From positions 85,326 through 149,325 of the forward strand of contig LBTE01000002.1 of NCBI GenBank assembly GCA_000989955.1: a DNA stretch of 64,000 nt, written 5' to 3'. How positions within the stretch are numbered: the first letter of the stretch is position 1; each line of letters begins with the position of its first letter. This DNA comes from a candidate division TM6 bacterium GW2011_GWF2_37_49 (GTDB lineage: Bacteria; Babelota; Babeliae; Babelales; RVW-14). A program made the position numbers and the translations under genes. The notes beneath the pieces were generated by a model. That model did not search any database. It saw only the letters and a list, made by a program, of their open reading frames with translations, and was not told the DNA's origin. This document shows, piece by piece, positions 9,209 through 16,466 of the stretch.

Positions 9209-10600
9209 ATGGAGAGTAGTGTTTCGAACGAGTTGACTGCTCAGGAACTTGAGCTACAAATTCTTGAATTGGTTAAGCTGCATCATCTTGCGGTTAAAAA
9301 AGAGTCTTTAAAGTCTGATAATTATAAAATTCATTACGCTGGCCGATGTTATGATGAAAACGAGGTTGTAGCTGCTGTAAAAAATCTGCTCAAATTTACA
9401 TTAACTTACGGCAAGCAAGGCCTGGCATTTGAGCGGGAGCTTGCAAGGTTTGTGGGAGTGCCAAATTCATTTGTAGTTAATTCAGGCTCATCAGCAAATT
9501 TAGTTGCCATTTCTTCACTATGTTCAAACCAGCTATGTGACGAGGCGTTGAGCTATGGCGATGAAGTTATTGTTCCTGCCGCGTCTTTTCCCACAACCGT
9601 TGCTCCGATAATTCAAAACGGACTAATTCCTGTTTTTGTTGATTCAATGCTTGGTTTTTATAATCCAAGCATTGAATCAATTAAGCGGGCATACAGCCCA
9701 AAAACTCGAGCTGTTGTTTTTGCGCATACGCTTGGCAATCCTGCGCAAATTGACCAGATCAAAAATTTTTGTATCGAAAAAAATCTATTTTTGATTGAGG
9801 ATTGTTGTGATGCATTGGGCTCAAAATTTGGTGAAGCAAGGCTTGGAACATTCGGAGATCTTGCCACATTCTCATTTTATCCTGCCCATCACATAACCAT
9901 GGGGGAGGGTGGTGCTGTGGCTGTTTCAAATCCGAAATTTGCAAAAATCGTTGATTCGTTGCGTTCATGGGGCAAGGACTGTTGGTGTGTTCCTGGTGAG
10001 ACTCATTGCCAAGGTGCTTGCAGGCGTAGATTTGGAATGAAGTTTGGAGAACTGCCTTTGGGTTATGATCACAAATATGTTTATACAAATATTGGCTATA
10101 ATCTAAAGCCACTTGATTTGCAGTGCGCAATCGGGCTTGAGCAACTCAAAAAATTATCAATGTTTATCGAGAAACGAAAATACAATTTTAATTTTTTATA
10201 CGATTTTTTCAAAAATTATCAGGATTTGTTTATTTTACCACAATCTTTACCTTTGGCTGATCCATGCTGGTTTGCGTTTCCTTTGACCATTAAATCAAGT
10301 GCTGGATTTACACGACTTGAGTTAACAAAATACTTCGAAGAAAATAATATAGAAACGCGCGTTTTGTTTGCTGGGAATATTATTCGGCAACCTGCATTCA
10401 TGAATATTAAATGTAGAATTTCGGAACGCCTTGATAATTCAGATAAAATTATGCACGATTCGTTTTTTATAGGTGTTTATCCAGGTTTAACGCAAAATTG
10501 CTTAGATCGGATTACAAAGACTTTTAAAGATTTTTTAAATCAAAAAATAAGCAAAAAAATATTTTTAAAAAAATTGGGAGATAGTTGTGAAGCGGAATGA
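9209..10600 (+). CDS. rfbH: CDP-4-keto-6-deoxy-D-glucose-3-dehydrase (E1, RfbH/DdhC-like), DegT-family PMP enzyme
   Basis: DegT/DnrJ fold. His replaces the PLP lysine (SFYPAHHITMGEGG). Cys cluster C-X57-C-W-C-X6-C-X3-C (DCCDAL ... WGKDCWCVPGETHCQGACRRRFG). Sits next to rfbF and rfbG homologs. Confidence 0.8.
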   Translation: MESSVSNELTAQELELQILELVKLHHLAVKKESLKSDNYKIHYAGRCYDENEVVAAVKNLLKFTLTYGKQGLAFERELARFVGVPNSFVVNSGSSANLVAISSLCSNQLCDEALSYGDEVIVPAASFPTTVAPIIQNGLIPVFVDSMLGFYNPSIESIKRAYSPKTRAVVFAHTLGNPAQIDQIKNFCIEKNLFLIEDCCDALGSKFGEARLGTFGDLATFSFYPAHHITMGEGGAVAVSNPKFAKIVDSLRSWGKDCWCVPGETHCQGACRRRFGMKFGELPLGYDHKYVYTNIGYNLKPLDLQCAIGLEQLKKLSMFIEKRKYNFNFLYDFFKNYQDLFILPQSLPLADPCWFAFPLTIKSSAGFTRLELTKYFEENNIETRVLFAGNIIRQPAFMNIKCRISERLDNSDKIMHDSFFIGVYPGLTQNCLDRITKTFKDFLNQKISKKIFLKKLGDSCEAE

Positions 10601-11413
10601 TTTACCGGGGGGTTTGGGACGCGATTGCGCGAGGAAACTGAGTTTAGGCCAAAACCGATGGTGCCAATCGGTGGCAAGCCTATTTTGTGGCATATAATGA
10701 AATATTATTCACACTTTGGTTTTTATCGATTTATCATTTGCCTTGGATACAAAGGTGAGATGATAAAAAATTATTTTTTGAACTACAGACTTCATGACAT
10801 CGATTGTACCATTGATACAAAAACCGGAGTCGTGAGCGAACATCAGGTGAATGATGAAGGGTGGGAGATTTCGCTTGTTGATACAGGCCTTGATTGTATG
10901 ACTGGCGGGCGTGTTGCGCGAGCTGCTCGATATGTTGATACGAAGCGATTTTTGTTAACTTACGGAGATGGCCTTGCTGATGTTAATATTTCGGAGTTAC
11001 TAAATTTTCATATTTCTCACGGCAAACTTGCAACTCTAACCGGAGTTAATCTACCGTCTCGTTTTGGCAACTTACTTATAAATGACGATCAAGTCCTTGC
11101 ATTTCTCGAAAAAAAACAGGTTAGCGATGAATGGATTAATGGTGGTTTTTTTGTACTAGAACGCGATTTTTTGAATTATGTATCTACTGATTCAAGCTGT
11201 GTTCTTGAGCAGCAACCGTTGGCAAATTCTGCTGCTGATGGGCAATTAATGGTGTATAAACATTCTGGTTTTTGGCAGTGCATGGATACATTGCGCGAAC
11301 GAGATTTGCTTGAAAAATTATGGGAAATAAAAGCTCCTTGGAAAGTATGGGCTGATGTTGAAAAAATTTATAAACCCGCCACGAAAGAGCAGTCACACCG
11401 CTTACAATTCTAA
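10587..11413 (+). CDS. rfbF: Glucose-1-phosphate cytidylyltransferase (RfbF/DdhA-like), 5' end frameshifted at the G6 tract
   Basis: Body reads [55 protein letters not shown], typical of RfbF. The GGxGTRL signature is encoded upstream of the only in-frame start (TTG 10625). The reconstructed N-terminus is [17 protein letters not shown] if one G is added or a -1 slip occurs. Confidence 0.75.
10607..10612 (+). promoter_or_regulatory. G6 homopolymer at the 5' end of rfbF (frameshift / phase-variation candidate)
   Basis: ACCGGGGGGTTT. It separates a GTG-initiated frame (10587, SD GGGAG at 10576-10580) from the main rfbF frame. In that frame it forms a G_GGG_GGT X_XXY_YYZ heptamer. Confidence 0.6.
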
Positions 11414-11433
11414 TTTTTTACGGGGATGAGTAG

Positions 11434-12468
11434 ATGGAGAATGAGTTCAAATATTGGAAAGATAAAAATGTTTTTATTACCGGGGTTACTGGCTTACTTG
11501 GTCCATGGCTTATAAAAGAGTTGTTGAGTCAAGACGCAAATGTTTTTGTTCTTGTTCGCGATTTTGTTGCAGATTCAACATTTTTTACTGAAGGCCTTGA
11601 TAAAAAAACTAACGTTATTTTAGGGGATTTGCTTGATTTTAGCTTGTTACAGCGTGTTTTAAATGAATTTGATATAAACACTGTTTTTCATTTAGGAGCT
11701 CAGGCAATTGTTGGCATTGCAAACCGTTCACCAATTTCCACTTTCCGTTCGAATATTGAAGGATCGTGGAATTTACTCGAGGCTTGCAGGCTTTCGCCCT
11801 GGGTAAAAAAAATAGTTGTAGCCTCCAGTGACAAGGCTTACGGCGCTCAAGAAAAACTGCCGTACAAGGAAGATGCGCCGATGCAAGGTCGTCATCCGTA
11901 TGATGTTTCCAAAAGTTGCACAGATTTACTGGCGCAGTCGTATTTTCACACATATCAGCTTCCGGTTTGCGTGACGCGATGTGGTAATTTTTTTGGTGGA
12001 GGCGATTTGCATTTAAACCGAATTATACCTGGAACTATAAAAAGCGTTCTTCAAGAACAGCGTCCAATTATACGATCTAATGGGTTATTTATTCGAGATT
12101 ATATTTACGTAAAAGATGTTGTGGACGCATATTTAACATTAGCAGAAAAAATGGATGACAGCTCAATTGTGGGGCAGTGTTTTAATTTTAGTACAGATCA
12201 ACCTTTTAATGTAATTCAAATTGTTGAACTAATTCTTGATGTTATGGGGTGTAAGCATTTAAATCCGATAATTCAAAATCAGGCGAGCAATGAGATTCCA
12301 GAGCAGCACCTTTGTTCGGAAAAGGCGCGTAATATTTTAGGATGGCGTGCAAAATACGGTGTGTGTGCGGGTCTTGGTGAGACTGTGGAGTGGTATAAAA
12401 AATTTTTATCAAATCAAAGCGTCTTGGTTTTAAATGAAAAAAATTTCAATCGTAGCAGCGTGTTATAA
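11434..12468 (+). CDS. rfbG: CDP-glucose 4,6-dehydratase (RfbG/DdhB-like), extended SDR
   Basis: YWKDKNVFITGVTGLLGPWL, VFHLGAQAIVGIANRSPISTFRSNIEGSWNLLEA, SSDKAYG, HPYDVSKSC (YxxxK), RCGNFFGGGDLHLNRIIP. Confidence 0.7.
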   Translation: MENEFKYWKDKNVFITGVTGLLGPWLIKELLSQDANVFVLVRDFVADSTFFTEGLDKKTNVILGDLLDFSLLQRVLNEFDINTVFHLGAQAIVGIANRSPISTFRSNIEGSWNLLEACRLSPWVKKIVVASSDKAYGAQEKLPYKEDAPMQGRHPYDVSKSCTDLLAQSYFHTYQLPVCVTRCGNFFGGGDLHLNRIIPGTIKSVLQEQRPIIRSNGLFIRDYIYVKDVVDAYLTLAEKMDDSSIVGQCFNFSTDQPFNVIQIVELILDVMGCKHLNPIIQNQASNEIPEQHLCSEKARNILGWRAKYGVCAGLGETVEWYKKFLSNQSVLVLNEKNFNRSSVL

Positions 12469-13372
12469 CGAATCCGGTAATATCGAAAGCATGTATCAAC
12501 GAGTTAAGAATGTTTTTGACGGTTCGGCCTACGATTTTGAGCTGATTTATGTTGATAACGCTAGTACAGACAATTCTAGAAATGTTTATGAACAAGTTGT
12601 GCAAGCCGATGATCGTGTAAAAGTTTTGTTGATGTCGCGTAATTTTGGATCATCGCAGCCAAGTTTTTTTGCTGGAATTAGGCAAGCGTCCGGTGATGCC
12701 GTTATTTTGATTGATGGCGATTTGCAAGACCCACCAGAACTTATTTCTGAATTTTTAAAAAAATATGAAGATGGATACGATGTTGTTTATGGCGTCAGAA
12801 TAAAGCGAATGGGTGGTGTTTTGCGTCGCATTGGATACAAGTGTTTTTATCGTGTTTTTCGATGGCTTTCGTATATCGAGATGCCCGTTGATGCTGGCGA
12901 TTTTGGGTTGATGAGCAGTCGGGTTGTGGATGTTATAAAAATTTTGAATGAAAAAGACTTGTATTTGCGAGGTCTTCGAGCCTGGGCCGGGTTTAAGCAG
13001 ATTGGCGTTGATTATACTCGACAAGATCGTAATGTTGGCAAAACAAGCAATAGCTTTCTTGCAAATTTTACCTGGGCAAAAAAGGCCATCACAAATTTTT
13101 CGTACAAACCGCTTGAGTTTATATCGAAACTGGCAATTAGTGCAGTGTTTGCGACATTTGTCGCAATGCTAGTTTATTTATATCTTTATTTTAAAACCGA
13201 CGCACCGCGTGGTTTTTCTACTTTATTAATGGTGATGTTTATATTTGGAACAATCCAGCTTTTGGCGTTGAGTATAATCGCAGAATATTTAATCAGAATT
13301 TTTCAAGAAGTTAAAAATAGGCCACCATACATAATTTCTGAAATTTTAGAAAAAAGGGATAAAAATGATTAA
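12434..13372 (+). CDS. GT2 polyprenyl-phosphate glycosyltransferase (ArnC/GtrB/DPM1-like)
   Basis: ISIVAACYNESGNI, YVDNASTDNS, SRNFGSSQPSFFAGIRQASGDAVILIDGDLQDPPELI, plus two C-terminal TM helices (ISAVFATFVAMLVYLYLYF, LLMVMFIFGTIQLLALSIIAEY). Confidence 0.8.
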   Translation: MKKISIVAACYNESGNIESMYQRVKNVFDGSAYDFELIYVDNASTDNSRNVYEQVVQADDRVKVLLMSRNFGSSQPSFFAGIRQASGDAVILIDGDLQDPPELISEFLKKYEDGYDVVYGVRIKRMGGVLRRIGYKCFYRVFRWLSYIEMPVDAGDFGLMSSRVVDVIKILNEKDLYLRGLRAWAGFKQIGVDYTRQDRNVGKTSNSFLANFTWAKKAITNFSYKPLEFISKLAISAVFATFVAMLVYLYLYFKTDAPRGFSTLLMVMFIFGTIQLLALSIIAEYLIRIFQEVKNRPPYIISEILEKRDKND

Positions 13373-14351
13373 TTATTTGATTACGGGCGGAACAGGGTTC
13401 ATAGGCTCAAACCTGGTTCGTCGTTTAGTTTTATACGAAGCTGGTAATGTTTTTTTAATTGCGGAAAACAATGCGGATTTGTGGCGGTTGAATGATATTA
13501 TTTCGGAGTTGACCGTATTTTACGTAGATTTGGCTGATTTTAAAAATATAAATAGTATTGTTAAATCAGTAAATCCAGACGTTGTTTTTCATCTAGCTTC
13601 TTACGGAGGTCTGCCGCTTCAGTCAGAGCAGCGTAAGATTTTTGATATAAATTTTTATGGTACAGTCAATCTTTTGAATGCATGCAAAGATGTTGGTTTT
13701 GATTGCTTTATCAACACCGGAAGCTCATCTGAATACGGCATGAAGGATTCTGCGATGCATGAGTCTGACGTTGTTTTGCCGATCAGTGATTATGGCGTTT
13801 CAAAGGCTGCAGCGACTCAATTTTGTGTTAAGGAGGCTATTTTTAATAAATTGCCAGTTTATACACTGCGGCCATTTTCAGTTTACGGTGACTATGAGAT
13901 GCAAAACCGCCTTATATCCACTGTTTTGACTAGTGCGTTGACGCATAATCAAATCAATTTATCTTCTGAATCATGCGTGCGCGATTTTATTTATGTTCAA
14001 GACATTGTTGATCTTTATTTAAAAATAGCAGCAGTTAAACCCGCTCGAGATTTTGTTTTTAACGGTGGAACTGGTATACAATCAACAATTAAGGATGTTG
14101 TTGAAGTGGTTGAATCTTTGATTGGATCAAGTTTAAATGTTAGCTGGAATACTTCATTGCCAAGGCCATGGGAGCCAAAAAATTGGAAAGCGAATATTGA
14201 TCTTGCTTTAAATGTATTGAATTGGCAGCCAAAATATTCTTTGCAGCGTGGGTTATCACAATCTTTAAATTGGTTTAAAAATAATCTAAATTTTTATGTG
14301 AAAAATTATGAAGACGTTAAATCTTGCCGAGAAAAATCGAGCTCTTTGTAA
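13365..14351 (+). CDS. NAD(P)-dependent sugar epimerase/4-ketoreductase (extended SDR)
   Basis: LITGGTGFIGSNLVRRL Rossmann motif. SSSEYG and YGVSKAAA (YxxxK). Confidence 0.75.
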   Translation: MINYLITGGTGFIGSNLVRRLVLYEAGNVFLIAENNADLWRLNDIISELTVFYVDLADFKNINSIVKSVNPDVVFHLASYGGLPLQSEQRKIFDINFYGTVNLLNACKDVGFDCFINTGSSSEYGMKDSAMHESDVVLPISDYGVSKAAATQFCVKEAIFNKLPVYTLRPFSVYGDYEMQNRLISTVLTSALTHNQINLSSESCVRDFIYVQDIVDLYLKIAAVKPARDFVFNGGTGIQSTIKDVVEVVESLIGSSLNVSWNTSLPRPWEPKNWKANIDLALNVLNWQPKYSLQRGLSQSLNWFKNNLNFYVKNYEDVKSCREKSSSL

Positions 14352-15144
14352 AAAGGCCCAAGAAGTCAGGCTTTCGATTTTAGATATGGTGACTAATGCA
14401 AAGAGTTCTCACATCGGATCTGCATTTTCAATTGTTGAAATTTTGACAATTATTTACAACGAATTTATGAGTACAAATTTAATTAAAAATAAGGCCAAAA
14501 ATCGCGATTATTTTATTTTGAGCAAAGGGCATGCTGCATCGGCATTTTATGCGACCCTTGCAAGCGTTGGAATTGTTAGTTCGGATCTGTTGAGTACATT
14601 CTATCAAGACGGCAGCGTATTGGCTGGTCATCCGACAAAGGACTGTGTTGCTGGAGTTGAGGCAAGCACCGGCTCGCTTGGACATGGGTTGTCGATGGCA
14701 GTTGGAATAGCGTTTGCATGCAAGCAAGATGGCCTGTCCAGCAAGGCTTATGTCTTGCTTGGCGATGGCGAGTGTCAGGAAGGTTCTGTGTGGGAGGCCG
14801 TTATGCTTGCAGTGCGCTTAAAGTTGAATAATTTAATTATAATAATTGATAGCAATAAATTACAGGGTTTTGATAGAACAGAAGATCTTTTGCCTTCCAG
14901 TCTTAAAAACATGTTTGAGGGTTTTGGTTGCAACTGTTTATCTGTTGACGGGCATGATTTTATTGAGCTGAGAACAGCTATAGGATTTTGCGGCCAAACA
15001 CACGGCCCAGATGTTATTATTGCTAACACGATAAAGGGCAATGGTGTAAGTTTTATGCAAGATAAATTGGAATGGCACTACAAGTCATTGAGCCCGGAGC
15101 AATACATTTTAGCAAAAAATGAAATTTTGAAACATAAGATTTGA
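14308..15144 (+). CDS. Transketolase, N-terminal (ThDP-binding) subunit
   Basis: SSHIGSAFSIVEIL, LSKGHAASAFYATLA, STGSLGHGLSMAVGIA, LLGDGECQEGSVWEA, IIIDSNKLQ. Confidence 0.85.
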   Translation: MKTLNLAEKNRALCKKAQEVRLSILDMVTNAKSSHIGSAFSIVEILTIIYNEFMSTNLIKNKAKNRDYFILSKGHAASAFYATLASVGIVSSDLLSTFYQDGSVLAGHPTKDCVAGVEASTGSLGHGLSMAVGIAFACKQDGLSSKAYVLLGDGECQEGSVWEAVMLAVRLKLNNLIIIIDSNKLQGFDRTEDLLPSSLKNMFEGFGCNCLSVDGHDFIELRTAIGFCGQTHGPDVIIANTIKGNGVSFMQDKLEWHYKSLSPEQYILAKNEILKHKI

Positions 15145-15288
15145 GGTCCGTTCGTACCAATTCTACGTTGCTCAGGGCGAACGGGACTAAAAAGCCGTTC
15201 ATGGTGAGCGTAGCCGCTTGCGGCGAAGTCGAAATATGGCGGAGCCAAATCCATACGAACGAGAATATGAGATCAAAGTGCTTATGCT
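15145..15288 (+). other. GC-rich, hairpin-rich intergenic segment between the two transketolase halves (candidate structured RNA or nested insertion)
   Basis: GTCCGTTCG (15146-15154) pairs with CGAACGGGAC (15178-15187). CGTTCGTA (15149-15156) pairs with TACGAACG (15254-15261). GCCG-CTTG-CGGC tetraloop hairpin at 15213-15224. 10-nt direct repeat TGCTCAGGGC at 15169-15178 and 15285-15294. Confidence 0.35.
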
Positions 15289-15440
15289 CAGGGCTATACA
15301 TCGATGATTATGATCAAAGCGTTAGAGTGCATCGGCTCTGCCAATAAATTTATAAATTTTATGCATCGGCCTGCAAAGCGTTTGCTGGCGCGGAGTTACA
15401 ATAACAAATTTTAAAAATTACAAAAAGTGCCACAGCCTTT
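15289..15440 (+). repeat. Dispersed intergenic repeat family, copy 4 (forward)
   Basis: CAGGGCTATACATCG ... CATCGGCTCTGCCAAT ... TTTTATGCATCGGCCTGC ... AAAAATTACAAAAAGTGCCACAGCC. A second partial core (TTTTGAATGCGGCTG) follows at 15463-15477. Confidence 0.75.
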
Positions 15441-15503
15441 GAATGGCTTGATTGAATCAATGTTTTGAATGCGGCTGTTTTATCGATTGGAGCGTATGTT
15501 TTT

Positions 15504-16466
15504 ATGAGAACGACTTTTATTAAAAAATTAATTGAATTAGCTGAGGTTGATCCAAATATTTACTTGATGATTGGAGATTACGGATTTTCTGTTGTTGAGC
15601 CGTTTAAGGAAAAGTTTAATTCAAGATTTATTAACGCTGGCATAAGCGAGCAAAATATGATTGGTGTTGCAGCAGGTCTTGCACTTGCAGGTAAAAAGGT
15701 TTTTGTTTATTCGATTGTGCCGTTTGTTACGATGCGTTGTTTTGAACAGGTCAGAATTGATTTGTGTTATCAAAACCTTCCTGTGCGAATTATTGGAATA
15801 GCTGCTGGGTTTGCCTTTGGGCCTGCAGCTTCAACACATCATTCAATTGAAGATATAGCGCTTATGAGTTGTTTGCCAAACATGACAGTTATTAGTCCTG
15901 CAAATAGTTTTGATCTGGAGGCGCTTTTGCCGCAGGCAAATAATTTACCAGGTCCAGTTTATTTCAGGCTTGGCAGAGGTGGCTCTGGAATGGCCTATCC
16001 AGCTTTTCAAAATATTGAATTATCAAGGCCTGCAGAGATATTAAAAAGTGATAAAGTTTTATTTTTGGTGACGGGCGAAATTTTTTCTGTGGCTTTCGAT
16101 ATTGTTAAAAAATTGCGTGATTTTGGTCTTGATTGTGGACTGATTAATGTTCATACGATAAAACCGTTAAAACTTGATTTTATTTTATCAAAAGCAAATT
16201 TTTTGCAAGCAATTTTTACAATTGAAGAACATGGATTAGTTGGTGGTCTTGGCCAACAAGTTGCCAATTTTTTGTGCCAAAATTTGGATAAGAAAATTAT
16301 ATTCAAGACGTTTACTGCGGCGGATCAATATTTTCACGAAATCGGTTCACGCGATTATTTGCTAAAAAAATCAGGGTTGGAGGTTGAAGCTATTTGTTCG
16401 GAAGTGTTGCATATTTTAGGAACGAGAGAAAATGTTATTGAAAAAGTTAAGCAATATTATTTGTAA
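15504..16466 (+). CDS. Transketolase, C-terminal (pyrimidine-binding) subunit
   Basis: FINAGISEQNMIGVAAGLALAGKKVFVYSIVPFVTMRCFEQVRIDL, HHSIEDIALM. The ATG at 15504 is preferred over the TTG at 15465, which lies inside a repeat fragment. Confidence 0.85.
   Translation: MRTTFIKKLIELAEVDPNIYLMIGDYGFSVVEPFKEKFNSRFINAGISEQNMIGVAAGLALAGKKVFVYSIVPFVTMRCFEQVRIDLCYQNLPVRIIGIAAGFAFGPAASTHHSIEDIALMSCLPNMTVISPANSFDLEALLPQANNLPGPVYFRLGRGGSGMAYPAFQNIELSRPAEILKSDKVLFLVTGEIFSVAFDIVKKLRDFGLDCGLINVHTIKPLKLDFILSKANFLQAIFTIEEHGLVGGLGQQVANFLCQNLDKKIIFKTFTAADQYFHEIGSRDYLLKKSGLEVEAICSEVLHILGTRENVIEKVKQYYL

Noticed and set aside
10598-10627. rfbH and rfbF are in the same frame, separated by a single TGA. Could this be TGA read-through, TGA recoding (genetic code 4/25), or a natural RfbH-RfbF fusion?
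   Set aside because: TGA is clearly used as a normal stop elsewhere in the window (for example 9122-9124 and 15142-15144, both at ends of well-conserved proteins). The residues around the stop (..DSCEAE*FTGG) lack the hydrophobic beta-strand that precedes GGxGTRL. A GTG with a good SD in the adjacent frame plus the G6 tract explains the data better.
10625-10627. TTG at 10625 as the true rfbF start, as in the ORF track.
   Set aside because: It would delete the GGxGTRL nucleotide-binding loop, which is nevertheless encoded in-frame just upstream. No SD precedes it.
15145-15290. Known riboswitch or ncRNA (TPP, c-di-GMP-I, ZTP, fluoride, yybP, SRP RNA, RNase P, tmRNA) in the GC-rich segment upstream of tktC.
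   Set aside because: I compared it by eye with the conserved cores I remember: CUGAGA/ACCUGAUCUGGAUAAUGCCAGCG for TPP, GGCAAACC...GGGACGCAAAGCC for GEMM-I, CCGCCUGGGC for ZTP, GGAAGCAGCC for SRP, and others. Only short chance-level resemblances were found. This needs an Rfam scan to be definitive.
15141-15347. 68-aa ORF in the transketolase spacer. Likewise the ORFs 24215..24406, 50917..51216 and 61589..61780.
   Set aside because: All lie inside copies of the non-coding repeat family or the GC-rich hairpin module. The repeat occurs in both orientations without a conserved reading frame. There are no SDs. They are treated as spurious.
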